64,000 nt of DNA from Bacillota bacterium. GTDB taxonomy: Bacteria > Bacillota > Clostridia > DUPQ01. The notes beneath the pieces were generated by a model. The model saw only the letters and a program-made list of their open reading frames with translations, ran no database searches and was not told where the DNA came from. This document shows, piece after piece, positions 1 to 10,833 of this stretch; within the stretch, counting starts at the first letter, position 1; every line of letters begins with the position of its first letter. Location of the stretch: the NCBI GenBank assembly GCA_022706885.1, contig JAKJBR010000001.1, positions 118,138 through 182,137 on the forward strand, in the 5' to 3' direction. The translations under genes were made by a program, and so were the position numbers.

Positions 1-569
1 CATTGAAAAAATGCAAGGCCGATATAATGAGGGCATTTGAGATAATGGAGGAGACATTCAGATACGGCAAAATGTTGCTTATCTGCGGTAACGGCGGATC
101 GGCTTCCGACAGTGAGCATATAGTGGGGGAACTTATGAAAGGATTCAATAAAAGAAGACCGATTGAACCCAACCCCATGCTGGACCAATCAATAAGCGAA
201 AGGCTTTCGGAAGGACTGCCGGCAATCTGCTTATCCAGCCATACCTCGCTCATAACCGCCATAGGAAACGATGCCTCATTTGAAATGATTTATGCTCAGC
301 AGGTTTATGCTTTCAGAAAACTTGCGGGAGTCATACTGTGCATAAGTACCTCAGGTAATGCAAGCAATGTCAATAATGCGGCAATTACCGCAAGGGCGTG
401 CAGAATACCGGTAATAGGTTTAACCGGAGAAACAGGCGGGCAGCTTAATTCGCTGGCCGATGTGTGCATAAAAGTTCCCGCTTCAAAAACATACAAAGTT
501 CAGGAACTGCACCTTCCGGTATATCACTGCCTATGTGCCATGCTGGAATGTGAATTTTTTGAAGATTAG
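1..569 (+). CDS. SIS-domain sugar-phosphate isomerase (GmhA/DiaA-like phosphoheptose isomerase), 5' end runs off window
   Basis: ORF 3..569: LICGNGGSASDSEHIVGEL and ISTSGNASNV SIS motifs; alignment to GmhA indicates about 20 N-terminal residues lie upstream of the window. Confidence 0.65.
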   Translation, partial: LKKCKADIMRAFEIMEETFRYGKMLLICGNGGSASDSEHIVGELMKGFNKRRPIEPNPMLDQSISERLSEGLPAICLSSHTSLITAIGNDASFEMIYAQQVYAFRKLAGVILCISTSGNASNVNNAAITARACRIPVIGLTGETGGQLNSLADVCIKVPASKTYKVQELHLPVYHCLCAMLECEFFED

Positions 570-610
570 GATATAATGAAAAGGATGTATAACCGAAAGG
601 AAGAAATTAA

Positions 611-1264
611 ATGAAAAAACTGCAGGTAATAGAAAATGTAATGAAAAGCGGACTCATAGTTGTTGTGAGAGCGCAAAGTGCCGAAGAAGCATACAGGATA
701 ACAGACGCATGTTTAGAAGGCGGAGTCAAACTGATAGAGATAACATTCACGGTTGACGGAGCTCACCGCATAATAGAGGAGTTGTCGAAAAAGTACGATG
801 AAAAAGACTTGATACTGGGAGCGGGAACGGTTATGGACGAGGAGACTGCAAGAATAGCCATACTTTCCGGAGCTAAGTATATAATCGCACCACATCTGGA
901 TTTGCCTACAATAACCATGTGTCACCGTTACAGAGTTCCTGCAATGCCGGGATGCATGACACCGAGAGAGATAGTAACGGCTACCGAAGCGGGAGTGGAT
1001 ATAGTTAAGATATTCCCCGGAGAAGTATTGGGAACCAAGTTCATAAAAGCGGTAAAAGGTCCCATGCCGTATCTCAATCTTATGGTTAACGGAGGAGTGG
1101 ACGAAAATAATGCAAAAGACTGGATAAAAGCGGGAGCATGCGGAGTGGGAGTGGGCGGAAATATAACAAAGTATGCCAAGACGGGTGAGTATAAAAAGAT
1201 GACCGCCATAGCCGGACAGATATTGGAAAGTATAAAGCAGGCCAAGGAGGAGTTGAATGGGTAA
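611..1264 (+). CDS. eda: 2-dehydro-3-deoxyphosphogluconate (KDPG)/KHG aldolase
   Basis: 217 aa, typical Eda length and TIM-barrel aldolase sequence ([10 protein letters not shown]...[10 protein letters not shown]...IFPGEVLG...[10 protein letters not shown]); RBS upstream. Confidence 0.85.
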   Translation: MKKLQVIENVMKSGLIVVVRAQSAEEAYRITDACLEGGVKLIEITFTVDGAHRIIEELSKKYDEKDLILGAGTVMDEETARIAILSGAKYIIAPHLDLPTITMCHRYRVPAMPGCMTPREIVTATEAGVDIVKIFPGEVLGTKFIKAVKGPMPYLNLMVNGGVDENNAKDWIKAGACGVGVGGNITKYAKTGEYKKMTAIAGQILESIKQAKEELNG

Positions 1265-2285
1265 GATAGTTACTTTCGGAGAAATAATGCTGAGACTGAA
1301 ATCTCCTTACGGAGAGAGGCTTTTACAGTCGGATAAACTGGAAGCCACTTTCGGCGGAGGAGAAGCCAATGTAGCAGTTTCCTGTGCCAATTTCGGAATG
1401 GATACATCATATGTAACGGTTCTGCCGGATAACGACATAGCAAAAGCATGCGTCAGGCAGTTAAGAGGATTCGGAGTAAATACAGACGACATTTATTACA
1501 GAAACGGACGTATGGGCATATACTTTCTGGAACCCGGAGCGGTACAGCGACCCTCAAAAGTAATATATGACAGAGAGTATTCCGCCATATCCCTGGTAAA
1601 GCCGGGAGATATTGATTGGAAAAAGGTATTTAACGGGGCTTCATGGTTACATGTTACAGGTATTACCCCGGCATTGACGCAAAACAGTGCGTTGGTTACT
1701 TTAGAAGCGGTGACTGCCGCAAAGCAGGCGGGACTTACGGTATCCATAGACCTTAATTACAGAGGAAATCTGTGGAAATACGGTAAAAAGGCATCGGAGG
1801 TAATGCCCAGCATAGTTAAGTTTACAGATGTCTGTGTTGCAAATGAAGAGGATGTACAAAAAACCCTGGAGATACACAACGATGCCGATGTTACAAAAGG
1901 CGAGTTGGATGATTACAAATATAAGGAGCTTTCCGATAAAGTTCTGTCGACCTATCCCAATATAAAGGTCATTGCCATTACCTTGAGAGAAAGCAGAAAT
2001 GCAAATATAAACGGATGGGGAGCATGTATAAACGACAGAAAAGATTTTTATGTAAGCAGAAAATATGAGATTACGGATATTGTGGACAGAGTAGGAGGAG
2101 GAGATTCTTTTGCTGCAGGACTGATATACGGACTTAACACATATGGTGACAGCAAAAAAGCACTGGAGTTTGCGGTTGCCGCAAGTTGCTTAAAGCATAC
2201 CGTGTACGGCGATTTTTCACGATTCACTGTGGCGGAAGTGGAAAGACTTATGAAAGGAGACGGTTCGGGAAGGGTACAAAGATGA
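1257..2285 (+). CDS. kdgK: 2-dehydro-3-deoxygluconokinase (PfkB-family sugar kinase)
   Basis: 342 aa; N-terminal FGEIMLRL...[10 protein letters not shown] and C-terminal [14 protein letters not shown] motifs of the ribokinase/KdgK family; 8-nt overlap with eda. Confidence 0.8.
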   Translation: MGKIVTFGEIMLRLKSPYGERLLQSDKLEATFGGGEANVAVSCANFGMDTSYVTVLPDNDIAKACVRQLRGFGVNTDDIYYRNGRMGIYFLEPGAVQRPSKVIYDREYSAISLVKPGDIDWKKVFNGASWLHVTGITPALTQNSALVTLEAVTAAKQAGLTVSIDLNYRGNLWKYGKKASEVMPSIVKFTDVCVANEEDVQKTLEIHNDADVTKGELDDYKYKELSDKVLSTYPNIKVIAITLRESRNANINGWGACINDRKDFYVSRKYEITDIVDRVGGGDSFAAGLIYGLNTYGDSKKALEFAVAASCLKHTVYGDFSRFTVAEVERLMKGDGSGRVQR

Positions 2286-3964
2286 CATACAAGGATAAGT
2301 ATAATGATTGGTTAAAAAAAGCCGATTCCGATACTATAAAGGAATTGGAAGCTATTAAAGGAAATGAAAAAGAAATAGAAGACAGATTCTATAAAACTCT
2401 GGATTTCGGAACTGCGGGATTGAGAGGCGTAATGGGTGCCGGAACCAACCGCATGAACAAGTATGTAATAGGACAGACCACACAGGCTCTTGCCCGATAT
2501 GTTATAGAGCAGGGCATGGAGAAAAGAGGAGCGGTTATAGCGTATGATTGCAGGATTAAATCCGATGAATATGCAAAACAGTCGGCAACGGTATTGGCGG
2601 CAAACGGAATAAAAGTTTATCTGTACGAGAGTCTGAGATCTACACCGCAACTGTCCTATTCGATAAGGAAACTGAATGCCGCAACCGGTATAAACATAAC
2701 CGCCAGCCATAATCCCAAGCAGTATAACGGATATAAAGTGTACTGGGAAGAAGGATCACAGATATTGGACGACATAGCTGATGCTATAGCCGAAAACATT
2801 TCCCGAATAGATCCTTTTAACGATGTTAAAACCGTGGACTTTAATCAGGCGGTTAAATCGGGACAGATAACAATGCTCGGTAAGGACATGGATGATATGT
2901 TCATAGAAGAGGTTCTGTCCTTAACTTTGAATGACGATATAGACAAGGATGTTAAAATTGTTTATACACCTCTGTACGGTACGGGATTGGTTCCGGTAAC
3001 AAGGATACTCAGAGAAAGAGGATTCCACAATGTGACCGTAGTGGAAGAGCAAAAAGAACCCGACGGAACATTCCCCACCACTCCTTATCCCAATCCGGAG
3101 AATGTTAAGGTTTTTGAAATACCTCTGAAATATGGCAAAAAGACGGATGCCGATATGATAATAGCATCCGACCCCGATTGTGACAGGATAGCCATGATGA
3201 TTAAGAATGACAACAATGAGTTTGTCTTCTGCACAGGCAACCAGACGGGTGCATTACTTGCGGAATACATGTTGTCGCAAAGAAAGGAAAAAGGACTGTA
3301 TTCGCCGAAAGATGCTGTTGTGCAGTCCATAGTAAGCGGCTCGGTTGTGCCCAAAATAGCAAAGCATTACGGAACACATTTCTTTGAAACGCTCACCGGA
3401 TTCAAATATATATGCGGTCTGGCAAATCAATTTGAAAAGACCGGTGAATACAGATATGTATTCGGTTATGAAGAAAGCATCGGATACTGTATAGAAACAT
3501 TTACGCGAGATAAAAACGGAGTCAGTGCGGCCATGATGATGTGTGAAATGGCGGGATATTACAAAAAGCGCGGTATAACTCTTTATGAAGTGCTGACCGA
3601 AATATACGAGAAATACGGTTATATGACGGAAAACCAGATATCTGTGGAATATCCCGGTATTAAAGGGGCAAAAATCAAAAAGCATGTAATGTCGCAATGG
3701 AGGAAGAAACCTCTTCTGAAAATCAGCGGCATTAAATGTTCGGTATGCAAGGACTATATCAACGGATATGAAGGGTTGCCCGCTCAGGATGCCCTTAAAT
3801 ATGAGTTTGAAGACGGTTCCTGGTATGCTTTAAGGCCTTCGGGTACCGAACCGAAACTGAAAGTATATATAAATGCAATGGGACGCTCAAGGAAAGAAGC
3901 CGACGACCTGGTGAAAGTATTCACCGAGGATATATCGGACTATTTGGCAAAGTGCGAGAAATAA
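2282..3964 (+). CDS. phosphoglucomutase/phosphomannomutase (alpha-D-phosphohexomutase family)
   Basis: ORF 2186..3964; start placed at in-frame ATG 2282 ([10 protein letters not shown]) overlapping the kdgK stop; TASHNP active-site motif and GTAGLRG motif. Confidence 0.85.
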   Translation: MTYKDKYNDWLKKADSDTIKELEAIKGNEKEIEDRFYKTLDFGTAGLRGVMGAGTNRMNKYVIGQTTQALARYVIEQGMEKRGAVIAYDCRIKSDEYAKQSATVLAANGIKVYLYESLRSTPQLSYSIRKLNAATGINITASHNPKQYNGYKVYWEEGSQILDDIADAIAENISRIDPFNDVKTVDFNQAVKSGQITMLGKDMDDMFIEEVLSLTLNDDIDKDVKIVYTPLYGTGLVPVTRILRERGFHNVTVVEEQKEPDGTFPTTPYPNPENVKVFEIPLKYGKKTDADMIIASDPDCDRIAMMIKNDNNEFVFCTGNQTGALLAEYMLSQRKEKGLYSPKDAVVQSIVSGSVVPKIAKHYGTHFFETLTGFKYICGLANQFEKTGEYRYVFGYEESIGYCIETFTRDKNGVSAAMMMCEMAGYYKKRGITLYEVLTEIYEKYGYMTENQISVEYPGIKGAKIKKHVMSQWRKKPLLKISGIKCSVCKDYINGYEGLPAQDALKYEFEDGSWYALRPSGTEPKLKVYINAMGRSRKEADDLVKVFTEDISDYLAKCEK

Positions 3965-3968
3965 CGGA

Positions 3969-5432
3969 TTATCTGGCACAGAGAGCGGTCATGTCGGAAA
4001 TCTTTTGAGCAAGCGATTCGGTAAGCATATTATCGGTAATTCTGTAAGTCCAGTTTCCGAAAGCTACGGAAGGGAAATTAATACGGCTTTTTGAACCCTG
4101 ACACAGCCAGTCCTGTATGGGTACAACAGCGGTATTTGCCACGGATTTCATTGTTTCAAAAATCAAGTCGTACACATGAACACGCGACCTGTTTAAGTAT
4201 TTTCTTAAGAAGTCTTTGTTTTTTCTGTCCAGCTTTTTATACCATCCGAGTATTGTATCGTTATCATGTGTGCCGGTATATGCAATAAGATTTTTCTTAT
4301 AGTGCATGGGAAGATTGTCATTGGAAGGCTCTCCGGAAAAACCGAACTGCAGCACTTTCATTCCGGGATAACCGGTTTTTTCCAGTAATCTTCGCACATT
4401 GTCCGTCAACACTCCCAAATCCTCGGCAATTATGCCCATATTACCTCTGGATTGGTTTATCGCATCAATCAATTTCATTCCGGGGCCCTGATGATATACT
4501 CCCGTTGCAGCGGTATCGGAGCCGGCGGGGATGGAGAAGTATCGCTCAATCCCTATAAAATGATCTATGCGTACATAATCATAAAGTAGAGAAGCCATAC
4601 CTGTTCTTTGTTTCCACCAGTAAAAATCCTCCTGCTCCATGGCATCCCAGTCATAGAGAGGATTGCCCCACAACTGACCCGTCGCGGAAAAAGCATCGGG
4701 AGGAACTCCCGCAACCGATGTAAGATTTCTGTCCTCATCGGTCAGGAACAGATAATGTCTGGACCACACATCGGAACTGTCCGGTGATACATATATAGGT
4801 ATATCGCCTATTATCATTATGCCCTTTTCATTTGCATATTTTTTTAATTGTGTCCACTGGTTAAAAAACTCAAACTGTAAGAACTTATGAAACAATATCT
4901 TTTCCGAAAGCTCAGTTCCGTATCTCACCAAAGCATCGTTATGCCTCATCCTTATATCTTCCGGCCAGGACTGCCATTCTTTTCCGTCAAAATGTTCTTT
5001 CAACGACATGAATATTGCATAATCATTAATCCAATATGCGTTATCCCGGCAAAAGGCTTTAAATGAGAGATTTTCTTTATCAAACCTGTTAAAAGCCTTC
5101 TCCAACACCTTATTTCTCTTCCTATATAACAAGCCGTAATCGACCTTGTCGGGATTTTCGCCCCATGGCTCGTTCTGATACTCTTCTTTAAGCAGCAGAT
5201 CTTTGCTCTCCAAAATATCCAAATCTATAAAGTAACTGTTGGATGCGAAACTGCAGAAAGACTGATAGGGAGAATCACCGTAACCGGTAGGTCCCAAAGG
5301 AAGTATCTGCCAGTATTTTTGTTTTGCCGAAACCAGAAAATCTACAAACTCATATGCCGCTTTACCCATGGTCCCTATACCGTAAGGTGAAGGAAGACTG
5401 AAGACGGGAAGTAATATTCCGGATGCTCTCAT
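3969..5432 (-). CDS. malQ: 4-alpha-glucanotransferase (amylomaltase, GH77)
   Basis: 487 aa; N-terminus ILLPVFSLPSPYGIGTMG and overall GH77 sequence pattern. Confidence 0.9.
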   Translation of the reverse strand: MRASGILLPVFSLPSPYGIGTMGKAAYEFVDFLVSAKQKYWQILPLGPTGYGDSPYQSFCSFASNSYFIDLDILESKDLLLKEEYQNEPWGENPDKVDYGLLYRKRNKVLEKAFNRFDKENLSFKAFCRDNAYWINDYAIFMSLKEHFDGKEWQSWPEDIRMRHNDALVRYGTELSEKILFHKFLQFEFFNQWTQLKKYANEKGIMIIGDIPIYVSPDSSDVWSRHYLFLTDEDRNLTSVAGVPPDAFSATGQLWGNPLYDWDAMEQEDFYWWKQRTGMASLLYDYVRIDHFIGIERYFSIPAGSDTAATGVYHQGPGMKLIDAINQSRGNMGIIAEDLGVLTDNVRRLLEKTGYPGMKVLQFGFSGEPSNDNLPMHYKKNLIAYTGTHDNDTILGWYKKLDRKNKDFLRKYLNRSRVHVYDLIFETMKSVANTAVVPIQDWLCQGSKSRINFPSVAFGNWTYRITDNMLTESLAQKISDMTALCAR

Positions 5433-5639
5433 AATAAACCTCTTAACAATGAATATATCCGAGATTACTTAGTTTGTAAAGTGTTCTTTATACTATTTAA
5501 TGCACAGTAATTTAACTTCAATCTAAGCATTAAGTCAGTTATATTAAAGATTGAACAGCAAGTTTTGCTAATAGATTTGTGATATTAACAGCTAAACTTG
5601 TTAATACAGCCGTTCTATATTTAACAGTTAATTGATAGA

Positions 5640-5993
5640 TTATTTATCTTCCTCAACCATTCTGTAAACTTTACCGATAGGTACAGTAAACATCAGGCCT
5701 ACACCGCTGCAGGTACAACCTCTGACTGTTTCACGAACGGCGGATACGGCCTTTTCCACCATCTGTTCATCTTTCAGGACGGTGAAAATTGTTTTGCTGT
5801 AAGGATGAGTATTACCCAGCATCATTCTTAATGTGCCGAACATAGGTATATCCTCATTTTTGGTATGAGCAATTGCTCTGCCCATTCCCTGGCTGTCTAT
5901 AATTGTGGCGCCGCCTATACCTTCTCTTAAAAATCCTGCAAGGATATCTTCCAAGCAACAGGTTTCATTTAATACTATGAACAAAACGTACAT
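5640..5993 (-). CDS. PII-like (GlnB/nitrogen-regulatory P-II superfamily-like) small signalling protein, immediately downstream of the antiporter gene
   Basis: 117 aa; ferredoxin-like fold pattern (M..L.IVL....LEDIL..L.E.GI.G.T..D..G.GR ... GVGLMFTVPI) reminiscent of PII proteins; 4-nt gap to upstream CPA gene. Confidence 0.5.
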   Translation of the reverse strand: MYVLFIVLNETCCLEDILAGFLREGIGGATIIDSQGMGRAIAHTKNEDIPMFGTLRMMLGNTHPYSKTIFTVLKDEQMVEKAVSAVRETVRGCTCSGVGLMFTVPIGKVYRMVEEDK

Positions 5994-5997
5994 AATC

Positions 5998-7257
5998 TCA
6001 CCCCTTATCTATTATACATGATTCACTTTTTTGTGAAGATACTTTACTTTTCTTTTTGCCTTTTCTGCGAGGCTTTCTGATCTTTTCTTCAATTCCTATC
6101 TCTCCCGCCTTCTTAAGCGCTATCTTTGCGAATATCGGTCCGCTTGTTTCATATATGAGAACGGAGAACATGATAATGGTATTGATGGCTACCGCATAAT
6201 CGGGAAGTTGCTGACGCACCAGTACCATAAGTCCTATGGATATGCCGCCTTGCGGAAGCAGTCCCAAACCCAGATATTTTCTTACAGCAGGTTCGGCTTT
6301 CACCATGGCTGCACCTGCCCAGGCACCCGCTATTTTTCCTAAACCTCTTGCCAGAACATAGGCAATACCCATCAGACCGACCGTTTTAAGTATCGAAAGA
6401 TCCAAGCTTGCACCGGCAAGTGTAAAGAAGAGTATATATATCGGCGCCGCAAAGCTGTTTACCGAATCAAATACTCTTATGGAGTTTTGCTGTATATTAA
6501 CTAAAACCGTACCCATAACTATACAGGTAAGCAGCGGAGACATATTCAAAAGAAGAGAGATTCCGGTCGCTACACCTATGGCTGCCAATGCTATTGCCTG
6601 AAGTTCGTCTCTTCCCGAGGCTTTTTGTGAAAGCCAGGATAATAATAAGCCCAACACGAAACCGATACCGACAGATCCCGCTATTTCAATAAGAGGACCG
6701 AATATCATGGAAGCAACCGATAACTGCTGCTTATATGTAACAATCTTAGCAACCGACAAGGCAATACCGAATACCACTATTCCGAAGACATCATCAAGAG
6801 CTACTACGGGGAGAATGGTTCTTGTGAGCGGACCCTTGGCGTTATACTGCTTCATTACCAATAATGTTGCTGCAGGAGCGGTAGCAGCCGACATGGAAGC
6901 AATTACTATACTGAATGCAAAAGGTTGTCTGAAAACAAAGAATAAAATGCAAAAAACCAATAACACCGCACCTATTACTTCCATAAGAGTGATTATGAAA
7001 ATGGATTTACCTATCTTTTTCATTTCTTTCAAGACAAATTCATTTCCTATACTGAAAGCAATAGCTGCCAATGCCAGTTCGTTTATAATGTTGAAGGATT
7101 GAACATCCGCGGGGCTAATAAAGTTAAAGAATGAAGGACCTAAAAGCAACCCGAATACCAGATAGCCGGAAACATTAGGCAACTTGACCAGTCCGGCTAC
7201 CCTTCCTCCTATTATTCCTACGACAAGAACAATAGCAATCTTCAGCAAAACATTCAT
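5998..7257 (-). CDS. cation:proton antiporter (CPA/Na+-H+ exchanger family)
   Basis: 419 aa polytopic membrane protein; N-terminal GYLVFGLLLGP motif typical of CPA1/CPA2 exchangers. Confidence 0.8.
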   Translation of the reverse strand: MNVLLKIAIVLVVGIIGGRVAGLVKLPNVSGYLVFGLLLGPSFFNFISPADVQSFNIINELALAAIAFSIGNEFVLKEMKKIGKSIFIITLMEVIGAVLLVFCILFFVFRQPFAFSIVIASMSAATAPAATLLVMKQYNAKGPLTRTILPVVALDDVFGIVVFGIALSVAKIVTYKQQLSVASMIFGPLIEIAGSVGIGFVLGLLLSWLSQKASGRDELQAIALAAIGVATGISLLLNMSPLLTCIVMGTVLVNIQQNSIRVFDSVNSFAAPIYILFFTLAGASLDLSILKTVGLMGIAYVLARGLGKIAGAWAGAAMVKAEPAVRKYLGLGLLPQGGISIGLMVLVRQQLPDYAVAINTIIMFSVLIYETSGPIFAKIALKKAGEIGIEEKIRKPRRKGKKKSKVSSQKSESCIIDKG

Positions 7258-7329
7258 ATAAGACCTCCCACAGTATATATTTCATATGCAGTCCATCATG
7301 TTTTTTGGCAACAACTTAACAAAGCGCAT

Positions 7330-7480
7330 AAAAATCATCATGTACTACATTGCTTGGTGCAATCCTATGGGATTAGCTGTCGGGTTTGGGCCACCAAGCT
7401 GCCCATCTTATCCAGATTCACCCCTTTTCGGTTGGTTCCCCCACTATCAAAACAGATATTCGGATATCCATAAAATAGTA
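7330..7480 (-). ncRNA. candidate cyclic-di-AMP (ydaO/kimA-type) riboswitch in the 5' leader of the CPA antiporter gene
   Basis: Minus-strand reading contains GUGGGGGAACCA ... AAGGGGUGAAUC ... ACCCGACAGCUAAUCC, resembling the conserved GGGGGA-CCA / GGGG-GAAUC / ACCCG-CCGA blocks of ydaO-type c-di-AMP riboswitches as I recall them; leader is 330 nt; boundaries approximate. Confidence 0.45.
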
Positions 7481-7508
7481 ACACAGAAAGCAGGTTAAGT
7501 CAATGACG

Positions 7509-7535
7509 GAGCACTATTGGTGCTCTGTGCTTTTT
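7509..7535 (+). terminator. terminator-like hairpin (GAGCAC-tattg-GTGCTC followed by TGTGCTTTTT) with no obvious upstream plus-strand gene
   Basis: 6-bp perfect stem plus U-rich tail read on + strand; lies between the riboswitch candidate and the lipoprotein gene. Confidence 0.35.
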
Positions 7536-7587
7536 ACAACATTTTTAAAGTTTCTTTCAATAAAAAAACACAAAATCCGCTCTATTT

Positions 7588-8670
7588 CTACTTTTCCAAT
7601 TGAGCTAATACTTTAGCAACGGAATTGATTGTTGTGTCGCGATAACCGTAAAAGGTTAGAGAATTAACACTATCATAGAACTCAAGAATAATGAATATTT
7701 TGTTATACCTGTATACTTCTGTTGACGGACGGCCGAAAACACAATCGGTAGTATAAACAAACCCGTTGTTGTCGTCTGTCAAATCGTCTACAAAGGTAAT
7801 CTTTACCTTGTTGCCTTGGACAATACCTTGAGTATATTTTGTTAAAGCCAGATATTTACCGTATTCTTTAACGGTTTCCTCCAATTCATCCATCAGATCT
7901 ATTTCAAATAAAGGAATCTCGGACTTTGTATATTCTTTGAATTGACTTGTAATATTCTCTTTATAGTACTCATTAAATGCTTCTTGTATATAGTCGAAAT
8001 AAACAGGCATATGTATTTTAGGAATATAGAAACTGTCATCTTCATTATATGTATTCTTATCCATCTCGGAATAGTTGTCTTTCAGCAATGATGAAAACTC
8101 CTTAATGAAATCGGTTTTCTCTTCTGCTGTGAGAGAGGGGTTATAGAACTCAAACACTACATAGCATTTTTTGTACTTATACATCGACATGGTGTATTTA
8201 TCATTGTCGGAAGAATCAAAATATCTGGAATAAAGGCTGCATGTATTAGTGAACAAATATCCGCCGTTATCAAAAGTCTTATCCTGTACTATGCTTATGA
8301 TAATCACATTGTTCTTTACTTTAATAATACCTTGAAGAAAATGAGCTACAGCCATTATTCTACCATCATCAGTTATGCCGTCACCGTCATATCTGTTTGT
8401 TATCGGCATAAAAGGTTCCGACATGACCACAGTATATTCAAAAGGGTGTATCAACTGCTCTTTATAATGTTCGTTTAGTATTTCTTCATATGCACCTACA
8501 ACGGCAAGCTTGTACTTAACACTCAACTCATCATCCTCCTCAACATCATCGGTAACAACCGGAGGTGCGGAAATTTCTTCATTAGGGTTTGGTTGCACAT
8601 TATTATTACAACCGACCAATATTAAGAGTGACAATAAAAGCAACAAAAACTTAAATCTCTTTTTCAACAT
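7588..8670 (-). CDS. hypothetical lipoprotein
   Basis: 360 aa; signal peptide with lipobox LLILVGC; no recognisable catalytic motifs. Confidence 0.55.
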   Translation of the reverse strand: MLKKRFKFLLLLLSLLILVGCNNNVQPNPNEEISAPPVVTDDVEEDDELSVKYKLAVVGAYEEILNEHYKEQLIHPFEYTVVMSEPFMPITNRYDGDGITDDGRIMAVAHFLQGIIKVKNNVIIISIVQDKTFDNGGYLFTNTCSLYSRYFDSSDNDKYTMSMYKYKKCYVVFEFYNPSLTAEEKTDFIKEFSSLLKDNYSEMDKNTYNEDDSFYIPKIHMPVYFDYIQEAFNEYYKENITSQFKEYTKSEIPLFEIDLMDELEETVKEYGKYLALTKYTQGIVQGNKVKITFVDDLTDDNNGFVYTTDCVFGRPSTEVYRYNKIFIILEFYDSVNSLTFYGYRDTTINSVAKVLAQLEK

Positions 8671-8691
8671 TCATACCTCTTCTCTTAAAAA

Positions 8692-9375
8692 TCAGTACTT
8701 CATGAACATAAGGAATATACTGAATGCCAGCATTATCTGTCCCAAATAGTAGGTAACCAGGTTTAAGACACGAGCCCTTAATGTCCTGCCTTCGGTTAGA
8801 ATACCGCGTGCTATCAGCCAGTCGGAAAACAGGAAAAGTACCGCACCCAGCACAACGGTGATACCGTGATAAAAACCGAAAGGTTTTGCAAATGCCAGTG
8901 AAACGGCTTTTACCGTCATAAAAGATATAGCGCTGCTGTACAGCAACATAGGTATTTTAAGCTCTTTAGCATCGTAGTTCATAAACCTGTAAACGAGCAG
9001 GATAGAACCCTCAAGCCCTATAAAAAGCAGAATATCCAACCAGGTAATTGGAACCAATATGGAAAAAGATACTATATAGCAGATTTGCGCAATAAAGAAG
9101 AATGCCACCCCTATAAGAAAGCTGTTCTTTATCTTTACCTCACTGATAAGGAAGAAGTCACCGAATATGGAAAAGAAAAGACCTGCGCACAAAAACAGCG
9201 CGGTTGCAGTGTAATTGCCGGTAAGTATAACCGACACAACGGCTGTAGCAAAAAACATAATGCTCGGAGCCGTCTTGGTTATCTTCTCACGAGGATTTTC
9301 CTTGAATATAATGTGATACAGATAAACGCACAACATTATGAAAAAAATTGCCAAACAAATAAATACACCTGTCAT
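8692..9375 (-). CDS. YhhN-family (lysoplasmalogenase-like, TMEM86) integral membrane protein
   Basis: ORF 8692..9717 trimmed to internal ATG at 9375 (MTGVFICLAIFF) because upstream part overlaps the NUDIX gene on the other strand and is low-complexity; polytopic, C-terminal LFLFSDWLIA motif typical of YhhN. Confidence 0.6.
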   Translation of the reverse strand: MTGVFICLAIFFIMLCVYLYHIIFKENPREKITKTAPSIMFFATAVVSVILTGNYTATALFLCAGLFFSIFGDFFLISEVKIKNSFLIGVAFFFIAQICYIVSFSILVPITWLDILLFIGLEGSILLVYRFMNYDAKELKIPMLLYSSAISFMTVKAVSLAFAKPFGFYHGITVVLGAVLFLFSDWLIARGILTEGRTLRARVLNLVTYYLGQIMLAFSIFLMFMKY

Positions 9376-9505
9376 ATTAACCTCTACCCAAATAGATTTT
9401 AACCTATACAGGCATATAAATGCAAATACTAAGCAAACTATTTTATATACACAATCATTTATAGAATCTTTTAGATGGTATAATGTATCGGTGAAGGTAA
9501 AGATT

Positions 9506-10042
9506 GTGGATATAAAAGAGAAAATAACGGATAGAAAAGTTATGTATAAAGGGAGAATTCTGGAGGTGGAAAAAGTAACCGCACTTCTTCCCGACGGAAA
9601 GGAAGTGTACCGGGATGTGATTCGGCACAGCGGTGCCTGTGCCATAGTGGCGCTGGACGAAGATATGAACATCATACTGGAGAAGCAGTACAGGATTGCT
9701 TTTGACGATATTCTCATTGAATTACCTGCAGGAAAAAAAGAAGAGGGCGAAGAGCCTTTGCAGTGCGCTGTAAGAGAACTGGAAGAAGAAACCGGTTATG
9801 TAGCCGATAAAATGACTCATATGATTACGGTAGCATCATCACCGGGTTTTTCCGATGAAGTGGTGCATATATTTTTAGCGGAAGGTCTTACCCGGACACA
9901 AATGAAATGGGATCAGGAAGAGCGGTTGATAGTATGGAAAGAACCGCTATCCGATGCTAAAAAAATGGTTATGGAAGGCAAGATAAAAAACGGACTGGCG
10001 GTTGCAGGTATATTGACTGCATGTCAGCTAAAGGGGATATAA
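9506..10042 (+). CDS. NUDIX hydrolase (ADP-ribose pyrophosphatase-like)
   Basis: Nudix box GKKEEGEEPLQCAVRELEEETG; start uncertain (GTG 9491/9506 or ATG 9542); stop overlaps next gene start (TAATG). Confidence 0.75.
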   Translation: MDIKEKITDRKVMYKGRILEVEKVTALLPDGKEVYRDVIRHSGACAIVALDEDMNIILEKQYRIAFDDILIELPAGKKEEGEEPLQCAVRELEEETGYVADKMTHMITVASSPGFSDEVVHIFLAEGLTRTQMKWDQEERLIVWKEPLSDAKKMVMEGKIKNGLAVAGILTACQLKGI

Positions 10043-10833
10043 TGATAAAATTTTGTCCTTTATTCAGCGGAAGCAGCGGGAACGCTATTTATCTTAAATA
10101 TAGGGATACATCGATACTGATAGATGCGGGGTTGTCTAAAAGAAAGATTACCCAGGCTATAGCGGATATCGGTGAAGATGCATCGGAATTGGATGCAATA
10201 TTAATAACGCATGAACACTACGACCATATATCCGGTATAGGTGTTATGGAAAGAGGATATAACATACCTATATATGCAAATACCTCTACGTGGAAAGAAA
10301 TGCCGAGAATATTCGGAATAATAAGAGAGGAAAACAAGAAAACATTTGAAACGGGAAAGAGATTTATTATTAAAGATATAGAGATAATGCCTTTTTCCAT
10401 ACCGCATGATGCTGCCGATCCGGTAGGATTCAGTTTCTTTTTAGACTCAAAGAAAGTCACGTCAGTGACGGATATAGGACATCTTACTGAAAGCATAGCG
10501 GAAAACATCAAAGGCAGTGACCTGCTGTTATTGGAGTCCAATCATGATTTGGATATGCTCATAAACGGTCCCTATCCATGGCCGTTGAAGAAAAGAATAA
10601 GGGGAGAATTCGGTCATTTATGCAACAAGGACTGCGGAGATATAGTTGTTAAGTTCATAGAGTTCGGGCTAAAGACCGTTGTGCTCGGACATATGAGTGC
10701 ACAGAACAATGTGCCTCAGCTGGCATATGATACCGTAAGGAAGTGCATAGAAGAGAACGGTTATGTAATCGGCAAAGACATAAATCTGGATGTAGCTGTA
10801 AGGGAAGGCAATAACAGAGTGTTTTTATTATGA
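10042..10833 (+). CDS. MBL-fold metallo-hydrolase (YycJ/WalJ-like)
   Basis: ORF 10021..10833 trimmed to ATG 10042 (MIKFCPLFSGSSGNA); HxHxDH motif ITHEHYDHISG. Confidence 0.75.
   Translation: MIKFCPLFSGSSGNAIYLKYRDTSILIDAGLSKRKITQAIADIGEDASELDAILITHEHYDHISGIGVMERGYNIPIYANTSTWKEMPRIFGIIREENKKTFETGKRFIIKDIEIMPFSIPHDAADPVGFSFFLDSKKVTSVTDIGHLTESIAENIKGSDLLLLESNHDLDMLINGPYPWPLKKRIRGEFGHLCNKDCGDIVVKFIEFGLKTVVLGHMSAQNNVPQLAYDTVRKCIEENGYVIGKDINLDVAVREGNNRVFLL

Noticed and set aside
7286-7498. 70-aa plus-strand ORF in the antiporter leader
   Set aside because: Lies antisense to the riboswitch-like leader, has no RBS and a compositionally odd Pro/Gly-rich product. Best explained as a chance ORF.
7509-7535. 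Terminator-like hairpin considered as the terminator of the lipoprotein gene (7588..8670, minus) or as part of the riboswitch
   Set aside because: The U-tract is on the plus strand only, so it cannot terminate the minus-strand lipoprotein gene, and it lies upstream of the riboswitch promoter region. Left as an orphan plus-strand terminator of unknown significance.
9376-9717. N-terminal 114 codons of ORF 8692..9717 (YhhN gene)
   Set aside because: Overlaps the conserved NUDIX gene on the opposite strand and is Ser-rich low complexity. The internal ATG at 9375 gives a typical YhhN protein.
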